Part shown: one piece after another, positions 8,836-21,105 of the stretch
How positions within the stretch are numbered: the first letter of the stretch is position 1
Layout: every line of letters starts with the position of its first letter
DNA from: Meiothermus sp.
GTDB taxonomy: Bacteria > Deinococcota > Deinococci > Deinococcales > Thermaceae
Direction: 5' to 3'
Length of the DNA: 64,000 nt
Assembly (NCBI RefSeq): GCF_026004075.1
Contig: NZ_BPIK01000001.1
Location: forward strand, 658,041-722,040
Translations under genes and position numbers: made by a program
The notes under the pieces: generated by a model
What the model saw: only the letters and a program-made list of their open reading frames with translations
What the model was told of the DNA's origin: nothing
The model's database searches: none

Positions 8836-8942
8836 TGAATCGCGGCAAAATCCACATCAAAGTCTCGTATGGATATGCTCAACGGCGCATTGCTACAACC
8901 TACTAAAAAAACCAGCAAGAAGAGTTGTGTAATCAGGCGCAT
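8836..8942 (-). pseudogene. N-terminal part (lipoprotein signal peptide) of the IS-split gene
   Basis: The ATG at 8942 gives MRLITQLFLLVFLVGCSNAPLSISIRDFDVDFAAI, with lipobox LVGC. The reading frame is interrupted by the IS. Confidence 0.6.
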
Positions 8943-8976
8943 GGCATCATTAATCCAGATTCTCGTGAGGATATGC

Positions 8977-10278
8977 TTATTCCAAAGCAAAAACCCTCCG
9001 GCCCTCTACCAGGGTGCATACCGGCCAGCCCTTCAACTGCCAGCCAGCCCAGGGGCTAAATTTGGCTTTGGAAGCGAAGGTCTGGGGTTCCACCGGACGC
9101 TGGCTGCGCGGATCCCACAGCACCAGGCTGGCCTCGGCCCCTTCCTCCAGGTGCAGCGGGGGAAAACCCAGAATGCGCCGGGGGCCGTCGGTGAAGCGGG
9201 CCACCAGCACAGCCAAGGGGAAGCCTCGCTTTTCCACCAGCTCGCTGTAGAGCAGCGGCCAGCAGACCTCGAGGCTGGGGATGCCAAAGGGGGCCCGCAA
9301 CAGGTCGAGTTCCTTTTCATCCTGGGTGTGGGGGGCGTGGTCGGTGCCGATGCAGTCGATGCTGCCGTCTAGCAGTCCTTCGATAAGGGCTTCCACATCG
9401 CTCTGGGTGCGCAGGGGCGGGGCTACTTTGTATATGGGATTCAGCCCGTTCAGGGCCTCGTCGGTCAGGGTTAGGTGGTGGGGCCCAACCTCGGTGGTGA
9501 TGGGCAGCCCCTCTTGCTTGGCCTGGCGGATGAGCTCGAGGCCCCGTTTTGTGCTCAGGTGCTGGATGTGCAGCAGGCCTCGCGCTGATACTTTATTAGC
9601 CAGCCGATCTCGCACATAGCGCACGACTTCCAAGTCTCTGGCAATGCGCGCGCTCTCGGCGTAGCTGGTGTTGCCGGGCAGGCCCAGCCGAAACGAGACC
9701 TCCCCTTCGTTCATGACCCCGTTCCGCCGCAGCCCCGCGTCTTCGGCATGCACCGAGACCACCAGGCCCCAGGAAGCCGCATACAGCAGACCCTGAGCCA
9801 GCACACCGGCGTCTTCGTTGGTTTTGCCGTCGTCGGTGAGCATGACGGCCCCGGCTGCCTGTAGCAGATGGGCCTCGCTCAGGACTTTGCCCTCCTGGCC
9901 CTGGGTGAGGGCCGCGGCGGGGTGCAACCGGGCCTGCTTGATCTGGGCTGCTTTTTTCTTCAAAGCCGCCACGATCTCGGCGTTATCCACCACCGGGGTG
10001 GTGTTGGGCATGGAGACTATATCGGTATACCCGCCTCGAGCCGCCGCGGTCAGGCCGCTTTGCAGGTCTTCTTTGACCTCTTGCCCCGGTTCGCGCAGAT
10101 GGGCGTGGGGATCAAAAAACCCCGGCGACAAGATCATCCCGGTCGCGTCCAGTACGGTTGGGGCCTCACCCCCCGAGAGCGAAAGAATGCGCCCTTCACC
10201 GATCAGCACATCGGCTGTGCCGTGGACTCCTCGTCCGTCTACCAGCTTTGCGTTTTTGATAAGAAAATCGCCCTTCAT
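8977..10278 (-). CDS. pyrC: Dihydroorotase
   Basis: The ATG at 10278 is preceded by AAGGAG (track start 10296 is an extension). Contains [11 protein letters not shown] and IGTDHAPH metal-binding motifs. Confidence 0.9.
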   Translation of the reverse strand: MKGDFLIKNAKLVDGRGVHGTADVLIGEGRILSLSGGEAPTVLDATGMILSPGFFDPHAHLREPGQEVKEDLQSGLTAAARGGYTDIVSMPNTTPVVDNAEIVAALKKKAAQIKQARLHPAAALTQGQEGKVLSEAHLLQAAGAVMLTDDGKTNEDAGVLAQGLLYAASWGLVVSVHAEDAGLRRNGVMNEGEVSFRLGLPGNTSYAESARIARDLEVVRYVRDRLANKVSARGLLHIQHLSTKRGLELIRQAKQEGLPITTEVGPHHLTLTDEALNGLNPIYKVAPPLRTQSDVEALIEGLLDGSIDCIGTDHAPHTQDEKELDLLRAPFGIPSLEVCWPLLYSELVEKRGFPLAVLVARFTDGPRRILGFPPLHLEEGAEASLVLWDPRSQRPVEPQTFASKAKFSPWAGWQLKGWPVCTLVEGRRVFALE

Positions 10279-10292
10279 GTGGCTCCTTGTAA

Positions 10293-11901
<1,609 letters not shown>

Positions 11902-11915
11902 TTGTTCTCCTTTCC

Positions 11916-11930
11916 GACCTCGCAGGATCG
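11916..11930 (-). promoter_or_regulatory. Candidate PyrR-binding RNA motif
   Basis: The minus strand reads GAUCCUGCGAGGUC, resembling the PyrR box core (RUCC.G.GAGG). It sits immediately 5' of the leader-ORF Shine-Dalgarno. Confidence 0.45.
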
Positions 11931-12044
11931 GGTTAAAGGTGTGGGGTCAACCCCGCCGGCTATGCTACGCCCTGGGAGGCCGTGGGTCAAGGGCAAAAAA
12001 TAGGGCCCCCGGGTGCGGGAGCCACACCAATACCGAATGGCCGA

Positions 12045-13049
12045 CTAGCCCCGGGCGGCCTCCAGGCTGCCGTAGAGCGTCCACCAGGGCTTGGCGCCCT
12101 TGGCCAGCACCTGGTTGAGCAACTGGATATTCTTCACACCCTGATCCGAGAGCCAGGCCTCGAGGGCCTCCAGGCCTTGCTTGGCATAGACCGGAATCCC
12201 GTCTTGCCAGGTGGCCCGCCCACACAGCACCCCGCTGAAGGGTACCCCGGCCTCGGCGGCCATTTCCAGGGACTCGCGGAAGACCGCATCGCTGACCCCA
12301 GCCGAGAGGTAGATGAAGGGCTTGCCGGCAGCGCTGGCAGCGTCCTTGAGGAACTGCAGGGCCTGGGCGCGGGTGTAGGCTTCCTCGCCCTTAAAGCCCA
12401 GGGTGCCGCTGGTATAGGCGATGTTGAAGGGCAGCTCCACCTTGAGCACGTCCACCCCGTAGCGGTCTTTGGAGAACTCCTCCATGTACTTGGCTACGTA
12501 GCGGGGTTTGACCTTGGCGAACTCGAGGCCCTCGCCAAGCTGGTCGTTGTAGGCGATGGGCTCCAGGAAGAAGGGCACCTCCAGCGCGGCGCACTCGGCC
12601 CCGACCCGCTCGATAAAGGCGTGTTTGATATTGTTGATTTTGGGGTCGTCCTCGGGGTTGTAGTAAAGCAGAATTTTGACCGCATCCCCCCCAAGCTCCA
12701 CAATGCGCCGCACGCTGAGGTCGGGCAGCAGGTCGGGCAGGCGGCCCGGGGTGCTGGTGTCGTACCCCGATTTCTCGTAGGCCAGCAGCACACCGGTGCC
12801 GGGGGCTTTGTGCTTTAGCGCTGGCAGTCCGTACTCGGTATCCATCAGAATGGCCGAGGCGTAGGGGGTGAGGATCTTGACCACCGCGGTTTTGAACTCG
12901 GTGAGCTCGGCGTCGCTCACCTCACCACCGCGGGCTTTGGCGATGGCTTTGCGCAAGGAGCCCCGCTGATCCATTGCGGCCGCCGCGATCACGCCTTTGT
13001 CGTCGGCGCAGGCCTGTATCCGTTCAAACTTTCCTTTGCTGAGTCCCAT
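12045..13049 (-). CDS. Class I aldolase of the LacD / tagatose-1,6-bisphosphate aldolase family
   Basis: The ATG at 13049 follows GGAG. Translation MGLSKGKFERIQACADDKGVIAAAAMDQRGSLRKA resembles the LacD N-terminus. The track start at 13190 extends into the intergenic repeat. Confidence 0.8.
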   Translation of the reverse strand: MGLSKGKFERIQACADDKGVIAAAAMDQRGSLRKAIAKARGGEVSDAELTEFKTAVVKILTPYASAILMDTEYGLPALKHKAPGTGVLLAYEKSGYDTSTPGRLPDLLPDLSVRRIVELGGDAVKILLYYNPEDDPKINNIKHAFIERVGAECAALEVPFFLEPIAYNDQLGEGLEFAKVKPRYVAKYMEEFSKDRYGVDVLKVELPFNIAYTSGTLGFKGEEAYTRAQALQFLKDAASAAGKPFIYLSAGVSDAVFRESLEMAAEAGVPFSGVLCGRATWQDGIPVYAKQGLEALEAWLSDQGVKNIQLLNQVLAKGAKPWWTLYGSLEAARG

Positions 13050-13137
13050 AGGTTTCTCCACCCAAGAGTTTACCCTACCTGTGGGCTTTTGCATGCAGCG
13101 CATGACGCCGGGCGCGGGGGGTGTGGGCCTGTTATAT

Positions 13138-13273
13138 CGTTTCCGCTTGAATCCTTCACCGCTGGACGGAGTCAGCGGTGAAGGATTCAAGCCGACCGAA
13201 GGGAGTAGAAAAGCATTTCGGTAGTATCGTTTAGGCTTGTTAAAGTGAACGATACTACCGAAATGCGTATTAG
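13138..13273. repeat. 136-bp double-hairpin intergenic repeat, copy B
   Basis: Full-length match to 3205-3340. It lies in the divergent promoter region between the aldolase and PfkB kinase genes. Confidence 0.85.
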
Positions 13274-13300
13274 ACTCTTCGTAGTTTTGTGGGAGGAAGC

Positions 13301-14221
13301 ATGCTGATTGTAGCTGGTGAAGCCCTGATCGATATGACCCCCATAACCCATAACGGTGGTATGGCCTATGTGCCGCATCCCGGGGGTTCCCCGTACAACG
13401 TAGCCGTGGGCGCAGGCCGCCTGGGTACGCCCACTGCCTTTCTGGGGTGCATCTCGCGCGATGCTTTCGGGCAGCTTCTAAGAAGCCACCTGGCCGCCAG
13501 CGGGGTTGGCCTGGATTACCTAAAGGAAAGCGAGCACCTGACCACCCTGGCCCTGGTGACCCCTGCGGAGTCGGGCGAGTTTTTCTCGTTCTACTGTGAA
13601 AACACCGCCGACCGCATGCTCTACCCCGAAGACCTGCCGGCCGTGCTGCCTGCCAGTGCAGCCCTGCACTTTGGTTCGTACTCGCTGGTGCTGGAGCCGG
13701 GGGCCTCGAGCCTCGAGCTCCTCATGCGGCGGGAGGCCCGCCGCCGCCTGATCTCGCTCGACCCCAATGTGCGGCCTTTCCTGATTCCTAACCGCGAGGC
13801 CTACCTCGAGCGCCTCCTGGGCTGGCTCGAGCAGGTCGATCTGGTCAAGGTGAGCCAGGCCGACCTGGCGTGGCTGTATCCGGGGGCCAGTCTGGAAAGC
13901 ATCGCCCAGGAGTGGAAGCAGCAAGGCCCGGCGCTGGTGATCGTAACCCAGGGCGGCCAGGGGGCGCTGGCCGTGACCAAGCAGGCCGTCCTTCGCGTTC
14001 AAGCTCCCAGGGTTGCTGTGGTAGATACGGTGGGTGCCGGCGATGCCTTCATGTCGGGTGCTTTGAGCTGGTTGTGGCAGCACGGCGCCTGGTCTCGAGC
14101 AGCGCTGGAGTCGCTAACGGGTGAGCAGGTCACAGATCTGCTGAACTTCGCTGCCAGAGTTGCGGCCATCACCTGCACCCGGGCCGGGGCCAACCCGCCC
14201 TGGCGGGCCGAGCTGGCCTAG
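13301..14221 (+). CDS. PfkB-family sugar kinase (fructokinase-like)
   Basis: The ATG at 13301 follows GGGAGGA. Contains GGSPYNVAVGAGRLG and C-terminal DTVGAGDAF motifs. Confidence 0.85.
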   Translation: MLIVAGEALIDMTPITHNGGMAYVPHPGGSPYNVAVGAGRLGTPTAFLGCISRDAFGQLLRSHLAASGVGLDYLKESEHLTTLALVTPAESGEFFSFYCENTADRMLYPEDLPAVLPASAALHFGSYSLVLEPGASSLELLMRREARRRLISLDPNVRPFLIPNREAYLERLLGWLEQVDLVKVSQADLAWLYPGASLESIAQEWKQQGPALVIVTQGGQGALAVTKQAVLRVQAPRVAVVDTVGAGDAFMSGALSWLWQHGAWSRAALESLTGEQVTDLLNFAARVAAITCTRAGANPPWRAELA

Positions 14222-14229
14222 GTGGTTTT

Positions 14230-14634
14230 TCACAAGCGATACTGCTCGTCCGAGACTGGCTCGAGCCAGTCGGTGCTCACCCCCTCCACCGCGGCCTGAA
14301 TGGCCAGGTGAATCATGGCGTGGGTGGGGCTGGCCCCGTGCCAGTGTTTCTCGCCGGGGGCAAAGTAGATGGTGTCGCCGGCTTTCATCTCACGTACCGG
14401 CTCACCCCAGCGCTGGAACCAGCCAATCCCCGACTCCACGTGCAAAACCTGCCCTTGGGGGTGGGTGTGCCAGGCGGTGCGGGCCCCCGGCGCAAACATC
14501 ACCCGTAGCACGTGCAGGTGCATGGGGGCGGGCGTGATCACCAGCTCGCTCAGGTATACCGTGCCGGTAAACCACTCGGGCTTGCCCAGGCGGGTAGGGG
14601 CCTGGGGTACGAAGGTTTTCCACGGGTTTTCCAT
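14230..14634 (-). CDS. Cupin-domain protein
   Basis: Cupin metal motifs are visible (GARTAWHTHPQGQVLHV and GEKHWHGA). Length is 134 aa. Confidence 0.8.
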   Translation of the reverse strand: MENPWKTFVPQAPTRLGKPEWFTGTVYLSELVITPAPMHLHVLRVMFAPGARTAWHTHPQGQVLHVESGIGWFQRWGEPVREMKAGDTIYFAPGEKHWHGASPTHAMIHLAIQAAVEGVSTDWLEPVSDEQYRL

Positions 14635-14662
14635 GGCTTATAGTTTACGGCCTCGAGGCCCC

Positions 14663-15709
14663 TCAGAAGGCCCGCTCATACTGTACCGGCCAGACCCTGG
14701 TGCCCAGGGCCTGGGCGGCCCGGTAGGGCCAGTACGGCTCCCGGAGCAAGACCCGGCCCAAAAGAACCAGGTCGGCCTGGTTTTCCTGAAGAATGGCCTC
14801 GGCTTGTAAGGGCTCGGTAATGAGACCCACCGCCCCTGTGGACAAGCCTGTGGATAAGCGCACCTGGGCGGCAAAGGGCACCTGGTAGCCGGGGCCAACC
14901 GGAATCTTCACCCCCGGCACAGCCCCGCCCGAGGAGCAGTCCAGCAAATCTACGCCGCGCTGCTGCAATTCCCCGGCAAAAACCACCGTGTCGGTGATGT
15001 CCCAGCCCCCTTCGACCCAGTCGCTGGCCGAGACCCGCACCAAAAGCGGCAGCTCGGCGGGCCAGACCTCCCGCACCGCCTCTGCGACCTCGAGCGGGAA
15101 ACGCATGCGGTTTTCACGGCTGCCCCCGTAGCGGTCGGTGCGCTGGTTGGTGAGGGGCGACAAAAACGAGTGCAGCAGGTAGCCGTGGGCCATGTGAATT
15201 TCCAACACTTCAAACCCTGCCGCCAGGGCCCGCCGGGCCGCTTGCCGAAAGGCCTGGCGTACCTCGTCCAGGCCTGCTTCGTCGAGGGCCTGGGGTATGG
15301 GCCAGCCCTCTTGAAAGGGCAGGGGGCTGGGGGCCACCGGTGTCCAGCGGTGAAGGGGCTTCCCCCCCTGCCACGGACTGGCCGTACCTGCCTTGCGCCC
15401 AGCATGGGCAATCTGGATGCCCGGCACCGCCCCGGCGTAGCGGATGCGCCGGGTAAGCTCTTTTAGCCCGGCGACGTGCTCGTCCGACCAGAGGCCCAGG
15501 TCGTCCGGGCTGATCACCCCCCGGGCCTCCACCGCGGTGGCCTCCACGATTGCCAGCCCCACCCCCCCGATGGCCCGGGTGGGGTAGTGCAACAGATGCC
15601 AGTCGGTCACGTGCCCATCCTGGGCCGAGTACTGGCACATGGGTGACATGGCGATACGGTTTTTGAGAGAGACAGAACGCAGTTGCAGGGGGCTAAAGAG
15701 CAGGCTCAT
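14663..15709 (-). CDS. NADPH dehydrogenase / Old Yellow Enzyme family (YqjM-type) flavin oxidoreductase
   Basis: Start at the ATG at 15709 ([29 protein letters not shown]). Contains [14 protein letters not shown]-like and RYGGS motifs. Confidence 0.9.
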   Translation of the reverse strand: MSLLFSPLQLRSVSLKNRIAMSPMCQYSAQDGHVTDWHLLHYPTRAIGGVGLAIVEATAVEARGVISPDDLGLWSDEHVAGLKELTRRIRYAGAVPGIQIAHAGRKAGTASPWQGGKPLHRWTPVAPSPLPFQEGWPIPQALDEAGLDEVRQAFRQAARRALAAGFEVLEIHMAHGYLLHSFLSPLTNQRTDRYGGSRENRMRFPLEVAEAVREVWPAELPLLVRVSASDWVEGGWDITDTVVFAGELQQRGVDLLDCSSGGAVPGVKIPVGPGYQVPFAAQVRLSTGLSTGAVGLITEPLQAEAILQENQADLVLLGRVLLREPYWPYRAAQALGTRVWPVQYERAF

Positions 15710-15814
15710 AGCGGGGATTCTACGCCCTAGGCGGGCCGGGTTTGTGGACTTCAATACATAACGCTTTTTCTTCACCGGACGCGTGATACGATAGACGAGA
15801 GCGGGAGAAAAAAG

Positions 15815-15829
15815 TTATACTAAGTACAA
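15815..15829. promoter_or_regulatory. Candidate TetR/FadR-type operator overlapping a -10-like TATACT
   Basis: TTATACTAAGTACAA is a pseudo-palindrome (TTATAC/GTACAA). It fits at all positions the TTRNACYNRGTNYAA consensus that I recall for Thermus thermophilus FadR. It lies about 90 nt upstream of the acyl-CoA dehydrogenase gene. Confidence 0.45.
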
Positions 15830-15917
15830 GAAGTTTTGTAAGGAGGTGAAGAAAAAGCCGAATGCCAAAAGCCAGATGCCAAAAACTGTAGCGGCTTTGA
15901 GCCTTCTGCTTTCAGCT

Positions 15918-17063
<1,146 letters not shown>

Positions 17064-17150
17064 GTTGTGGGGGCAACCCTGGTGGTCGCCCGGCCGCAGC
17101 CAGGGCGTGTAGCCCGAACATAAAACCTTGTTGCAACAGATGGAGGAGAG

Positions 17151-17897
17151 ATGAAGTTCGTTGCGGTTATTCGACAGGTTCCAGACGGTGAATCCCGCCT
17201 CAAGATTGAGGGGGGTAAGGTAGACCTGGGCGGGGTCACCATGATCCTCGACCAGATGGACGAGTGGGCGGTGGAGGAGGTCATCCGGCTACAGGAGAAG
17301 CACGGGGGCGAGAGCGTGGTGGTGGCCCTGGGCCCCGAGCGCTTTGAGGAGGCCATCCGCACCGCGCTGGCTATGGGCATTGACCGGGCCATCCACCTGG
17401 TGGCCGAGGGCTACCTCGACCCCATCTCGCAGGCCGAGGCCCTGGCCGAGGTCATCCGGGCCGAGGCCCCCACCCTGGTCTTTACCGGCGGGCAGCAGGC
17501 CGACTGGGACTCGCAGGCCCTGGGGCCGGCCCTGGCTGAGGCCCTCTCGTGGCCGGTGGTGAGCTGGACGACCCAGATCGAGCTGGAAGGTGAGACCCAG
17601 GCCAAAGCCAAACACGACCTCGACGAGGGCGCCGAGGTGGTGCGGGTGGGCTTGCCGGCGGTATTTACCAGCCAGCAGGGCCTGAACGAGCCGCGCTACC
17701 CCACCCTGCCCGGCATCATGAAGGCCAAACGCAAGGAGCTGAAAAAGGTTCCGGTGAGCGCCAGCAGCAAGGTGGAGATTCTGGAACAGACCATCCAGGA
17801 GAAAAGCCGCCTGAACAAGATGATTGACGGCAAAGACCCGGTGGCCGCTGCCCACGAGCTGGTGCGGCTGTTGCACGAAGAGGCCAAGGTTATCTAA
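17151..17897 (+). CDS. etfB: Electron transfer flavoprotein beta subunit
   Basis: MKFVAVIRQVPDGESRLKIE... is a typical EtfB N-terminus. GGAGGAG lies upstream of the ATG. Confidence 0.93.
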   Translation: MKFVAVIRQVPDGESRLKIEGGKVDLGGVTMILDQMDEWAVEEVIRLQEKHGGESVVVALGPERFEEAIRTALAMGIDRAIHLVAEGYLDPISQAEALAEVIRAEAPTLVFTGGQQADWDSQALGPALAEALSWPVVSWTTQIELEGETQAKAKHDLDEGAEVVRVGLPAVFTSQQGLNEPRYPTLPGIMKAKRKELKKVPVSASSKVEILEQTIQEKSRLNKMIDGKDPVAAAHELVRLLHEEAKVI

Positions 17898-17916
17898 GAG
17901 CCGCTTGGAGGATTGC

Positions 17917-18858
17917 ATGATTCTAGTCGTATTGGAACACGACGGCCAGCGCCTGCGCAAAGGCGCTCTGGAAGCCATCAGCCGGGCCCGGCAAATCGGC
18001 GCTCTGGGGGCCATTGCCGGGGTGGTGATCGGCGAAAACACCCAGGCTGTAGCCCAGGAGGCGGCCCAGTACCTGCCCACGGTCTATGCTGCCGAGGTGG
18101 GCTCTTACACACCCGAGAAGTGGGCCGAGGCGGCCTACGCTGCCGCCCAGAAAAGCGGGGCCAAGGTGGTGGTGGCCACTGGAGGCCGCCAAAGCCGCAC
18201 CTGGACGGCCCGCCTGGCTTACAAGATGAAGGCTGGCCTGCTGGAAGACACCCTCGAGACCAGCACCGACGGCCAGCACATCATCGGCGTGCGCTATAGC
18301 TTTTTGAACCGCGTCACCGAGAAGCAAAAAGCGGCGCTGCCGGTGGTCTTCACCGCCAAACCCAACACCACCCCCCTGGCCGAGCCGGCCGATAGCAGTG
18401 GGGTGGTGGAGGCCCTCGAGGTCAGCCTGCCCCCTACGGTGGAGGTGCTCGAGCGCCTGAGCGAGCAGAAGAAGGGCGTCTCGCTCACCGAGGCCACCGT
18501 GGTGGTGACCGGCGGGCGTGGGCTGGGCAACCCCGAGGCTTTTGCGGGGGTGGAGGAGCTGGCAAGCACCCTGGGCGCCGCCGTGGGCGCGACCCGCGCG
18601 GTGGTGGACGCGGGCTGGCGGCCCTACAGCGAGCAGGTGGGCCAGACCGGCAAAACCGTCCAGCCCAACCTCTACATCGCCCTGGCGGTTTCCGGTGCGG
18701 TGCAGCACCAGGCCGGCATGAACAAGAGCAAGTACATCGTGGCGGTCAACAAGGACGCCGAGGCCCCCATCTTCAAAATTGCCGACTACGGCATTGTGGG
18801 CGACGTACACCAGGTGCTGCCGGCGCTGATCGATGCAGCCAAGAAGCTGAAGGACTAA
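17917..18858 (+). CDS. etfA: Electron transfer flavoprotein alpha subunit
   Basis: The ATG at 17917 follows GGAGGA (MILVVLEHDGQRL...). C-terminal FAD motif is YIALAVSGAVQHQAGM...IVAVNKDAEAPIF. Confidence 0.93.
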   Translation: MILVVLEHDGQRLRKGALEAISRARQIGALGAIAGVVIGENTQAVAQEAAQYLPTVYAAEVGSYTPEKWAEAAYAAAQKSGAKVVVATGGRQSRTWTARLAYKMKAGLLEDTLETSTDGQHIIGVRYSFLNRVTEKQKAALPVVFTAKPNTTPLAEPADSSGVVEALEVSLPPTVEVLERLSEQKKGVSLTEATVVVTGGRGLGNPEAFAGVEELASTLGAAVGATRAVVDAGWRPYSEQVGQTGKTVQPNLYIALAVSGAVQHQAGMNKSKYIVAVNKDAEAPIFKIADYGIVGDVHQVLPALIDAAKKLKD

Positions 18859-18873
18859 AGCCCAACGCAACTC

Positions 18874-18901
18874 AAGGGCAGGCCCAGGCTTGCCCTTTTT
18901 T
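18874..18901 (+). terminator. Rho-independent terminator of the acd-etfBA operon
   Basis: AAGGGCA...TGCCCTT stem followed by a T run. Confidence 0.8.
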
Positions 18902-19111
18902 GTTGTTGCCGACCAAAGCCTGGCGCGCTGACACCAATCAAGCACGTAACTCCAACCTACCGCCGGTTTCGCCTAGAGCCGTGTAACGGGTGCGCTTTTG
19001 GGCCTCGAGGTGCAAATGAGCAAGGGAGGGCCTGGGGCTTGGGGTACACTGGCAACGTAAATCGATTACCCACGCTGCTGCACGCGGTCGCGTGAACCTC
19101 GGGGGAACCTC

Positions 19112-19735
19112 ATGGTTGCTATACCAACGGAAGAATTAAACAGCATGACCGAAGTAATGGCCCTTTTGGATGAGGGTCGGCGTATGCAGGGCTACCTGTC
19201 CGAAATGGGCACAGAAATGCTCAAGGCCGCCGCCGAGCTGGATAACGGCTACCCCCCATCTCCAGACCTTATTGCTAAGCTGGTGGGGGCCTCACAGGCT
19301 TTTGAAGCGCTGCACGACCGGGCGCAGCGCCTGCTGGGAGGTGCGCTGATTGAGCCAGTGCTGCCCCGTGTACTGGAAGCGCTCGAGGCCCATCGCAAGG
19401 CGCTGGAAGCGGCCGCCTTGCGTCAGCAAGCCCTGAATGTGCTGGAGCAGGTGAGCAGCCTGGTTTACCGGAGTGGTGAGGAGTTCCTGCCGCTTTCGGC
19501 TGTGCAGTTCGATGTTTTGGGCCTGATGCGCCAGCAAAAGGAAAGCACAGAACTCAATGCGACCGTTCTGGCTCTGGCTAACGGCAGCCACCCCTACAAC
19601 CTGCTGCTTCGGCTGGTGGCGGACAAAAGCATGAGCAACGAAGAATGGGTCAGGATATACCAGCAGGTGGCCCAGGAGATTGGTCAGGATCTTGCTGTAG
19701 CGGCCGCGCGCGGCCAGATCGTACTGCCCGAGTGA
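19112..19735 (+). CDS. Hypothetical all-helical protein (207 aa)
   Basis: The ATG follows GGGGGA. The translation is Ala/Leu/Glu-rich, with no motif I recognise. The stop lies 8 nt before repeat copy C. Confidence 0.55.
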   Translation: MVAIPTEELNSMTEVMALLDEGRRMQGYLSEMGTEMLKAAAELDNGYPPSPDLIAKLVGASQAFEALHDRAQRLLGGALIEPVLPRVLEALEAHRKALEAAALRQQALNVLEQVSSLVYRSGEEFLPLSAVQFDVLGLMRQQKESTELNATVLALANGSHPYNLLLRLVADKSMSNEEWVRIYQQVAQEIGQDLAVAAARGQIVLPE

Positions 19736-19743
19736 TACCATGC

Positions 19744-19823
19744 CCGCTTGAATCCTTACATCGCCAGGTGCAGCCGGGGGTGAGGGATTCAAGCCGACCG
19801 ATCGGGAGTATCGATGCGTATGA
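19744..19823. repeat. Double-hairpin repeat, copy C (hairpin 2 deleted)
   Basis: CCGCTTGAATCCTTACA...TGAGGGATTCAAGCCGACCGA matches hairpin 1 of copies A and B. The tail TGCGTATGAA matches the 3' end. About 58 bp containing hairpin 2 is missing. Confidence 0.7.
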
Positions 19824-19828
19824 ACCAT

Positions 19829-21076
19829 CTACCCCTTGGCCCTGCGATCCAGGGCCCGGGCGTGGGCTTCTAGGCCCTCTTCGCGGGCCATGCGGGCCCC
19901 GAGCGCGGCCAGCTTGCTGGCCGCTGACTGGTTGAGACCCACCACCGGGATGACCTTGAGAAAGTCCCGCAGGGCCAGCCCACCTCCAAAGCGGGCGGTG
20001 CCGGTTGTGGGCATGACGTGGCTGGGGCCGGCGATATAGTCGCCCAGGGCCTCGCAGGAATGCTCGCCCAGAAAAACCCCGCCAGCGTTGCGCACCTGTC
20101 CCAGCACGGCCAGTGGGTCGTTCACGGAAAGGCACAGGTGTTCGGGGGCGTAGAGGTTGGCAAGCTCGAGGGCCTGTTCGATGCTTTCTACCTGCACCAG
20201 ACCGCTTCGCTGCAGAGCCTGGCGGGCAATGCTGGCCCTTGGCAGGTCGGCAAGCTGGCGCTGGAGCTCTTCCTCCACACGCCCCAGCAGCTCCCGGTAG
20301 GACGAAAGCAGCCAGGCTTCGGAATCGGGGCCGTGTTCGGCCTGGGCCAGCAGATCGGCGGCCAGCAGCTTGGGATCGGCGGAAGCATCGGCGATGATGA
20401 GGGTCTCGGTCGGCCCTGGCAGGCCTTCCATACCCACCGACCCATATACTTCGCGTTTGGCCAGCACCACATAGCGGTTGCCTGGGCCCATAATTTTGTC
20501 GACACGGGGTATGGTTTCGGTGCCGTAGGCTAGCGCTGCGATGGCCTGGGCACCCCCCATGGCAAACAGCCGATCGGCGCCGGCCACCCAGGCTGCGGCC
20601 AGAATGCCCGGATGCACTCGAGGGGGGGAGGCCAGCACAATCTCGCCCACCCCGGCGACCTTGGCCGGAACTGCAGTCATCAAAACCGTGGAAAGCAGGG
20701 GTGCCGAGCCTCCAGGGACGTAAACCCCCACCCGGTCGAGCGGGCGCACTAACTGGCCCAGCACCCCATCGGCGCCGGCTTCCAGGAACCCGCCCATGGG
20801 CTCCCGCCGGTAAAAGGCCTCGATCCGTTCTTTGGCGGTCTCGAGGGCGTCCCGCAGGTCGGCGTCCAGGTCTTCGTAGGCTTCGCGCCAGACCCGTTTG
20901 GGAATTTCCTCCACAGGGTGCCCGTCTATCTCCTGGCTGATGCGCTGCAGGGCTGCATCACCCTCGTGCTCGACTTGATGCAGAATAAACCGCACCGTTT
21001 CCAGGGCATCGCCGTACTCCACGGTCATGCGACGATTTTTGAAGTGCTCGTAGATCTGCTCAGGGGTTTTGATCAT
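19829..21076 (-). CDS. hisD: Histidinol dehydrogenase
   Basis: 415 aa. Contains the [15 protein letters not shown] and QAEHGPDS region and [13 protein letters not shown]. Confidence 0.95.
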   Translation of the reverse strand: MIKTPEQIYEHFKNRRMTVEYGDALETVRFILHQVEHEGDAALQRISQEIDGHPVEEIPKRVWREAYEDLDADLRDALETAKERIEAFYRREPMGGFLEAGADGVLGQLVRPLDRVGVYVPGGSAPLLSTVLMTAVPAKVAGVGEIVLASPPRVHPGILAAAWVAGADRLFAMGGAQAIAALAYGTETIPRVDKIMGPGNRYVVLAKREVYGSVGMEGLPGPTETLIIADASADPKLLAADLLAQAEHGPDSEAWLLSSYRELLGRVEEELQRQLADLPRASIARQALQRSGLVQVESIEQALELANLYAPEHLCLSVNDPLAVLGQVRNAGGVFLGEHSCEALGDYIAGPSHVMPTTGTARFGGGLALRDFLKVIPVVGLNQSAASKLAALGARMAREEGLEAHARALDRRAKG

Positions 21077-21105
21077 ACAGGGCCTTTTGGGGGAGAAACA
21101 GGGCT

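Noticed and set aside
12045-13190. N-terminal extension of the aldolase (MNPSPLTPSSGEGFKRKRYN...), and similar extensions 2817-3257(-) and 12997-13224(+).
   Set aside because: The extensions are translations of the 136-bp intergenic repeat. The conserved start, with an SD, is at 13049.
15846-15917. Signal-peptide-like N-terminal extension of the acyl-CoA dehydrogenase.
   Set aside because: The GTG overlaps the only SD. Acyl-CoA dehydrogenases are cytoplasmic flavoproteins, and the conserved sequence starts at 15918. Kept only as a low-interest note.
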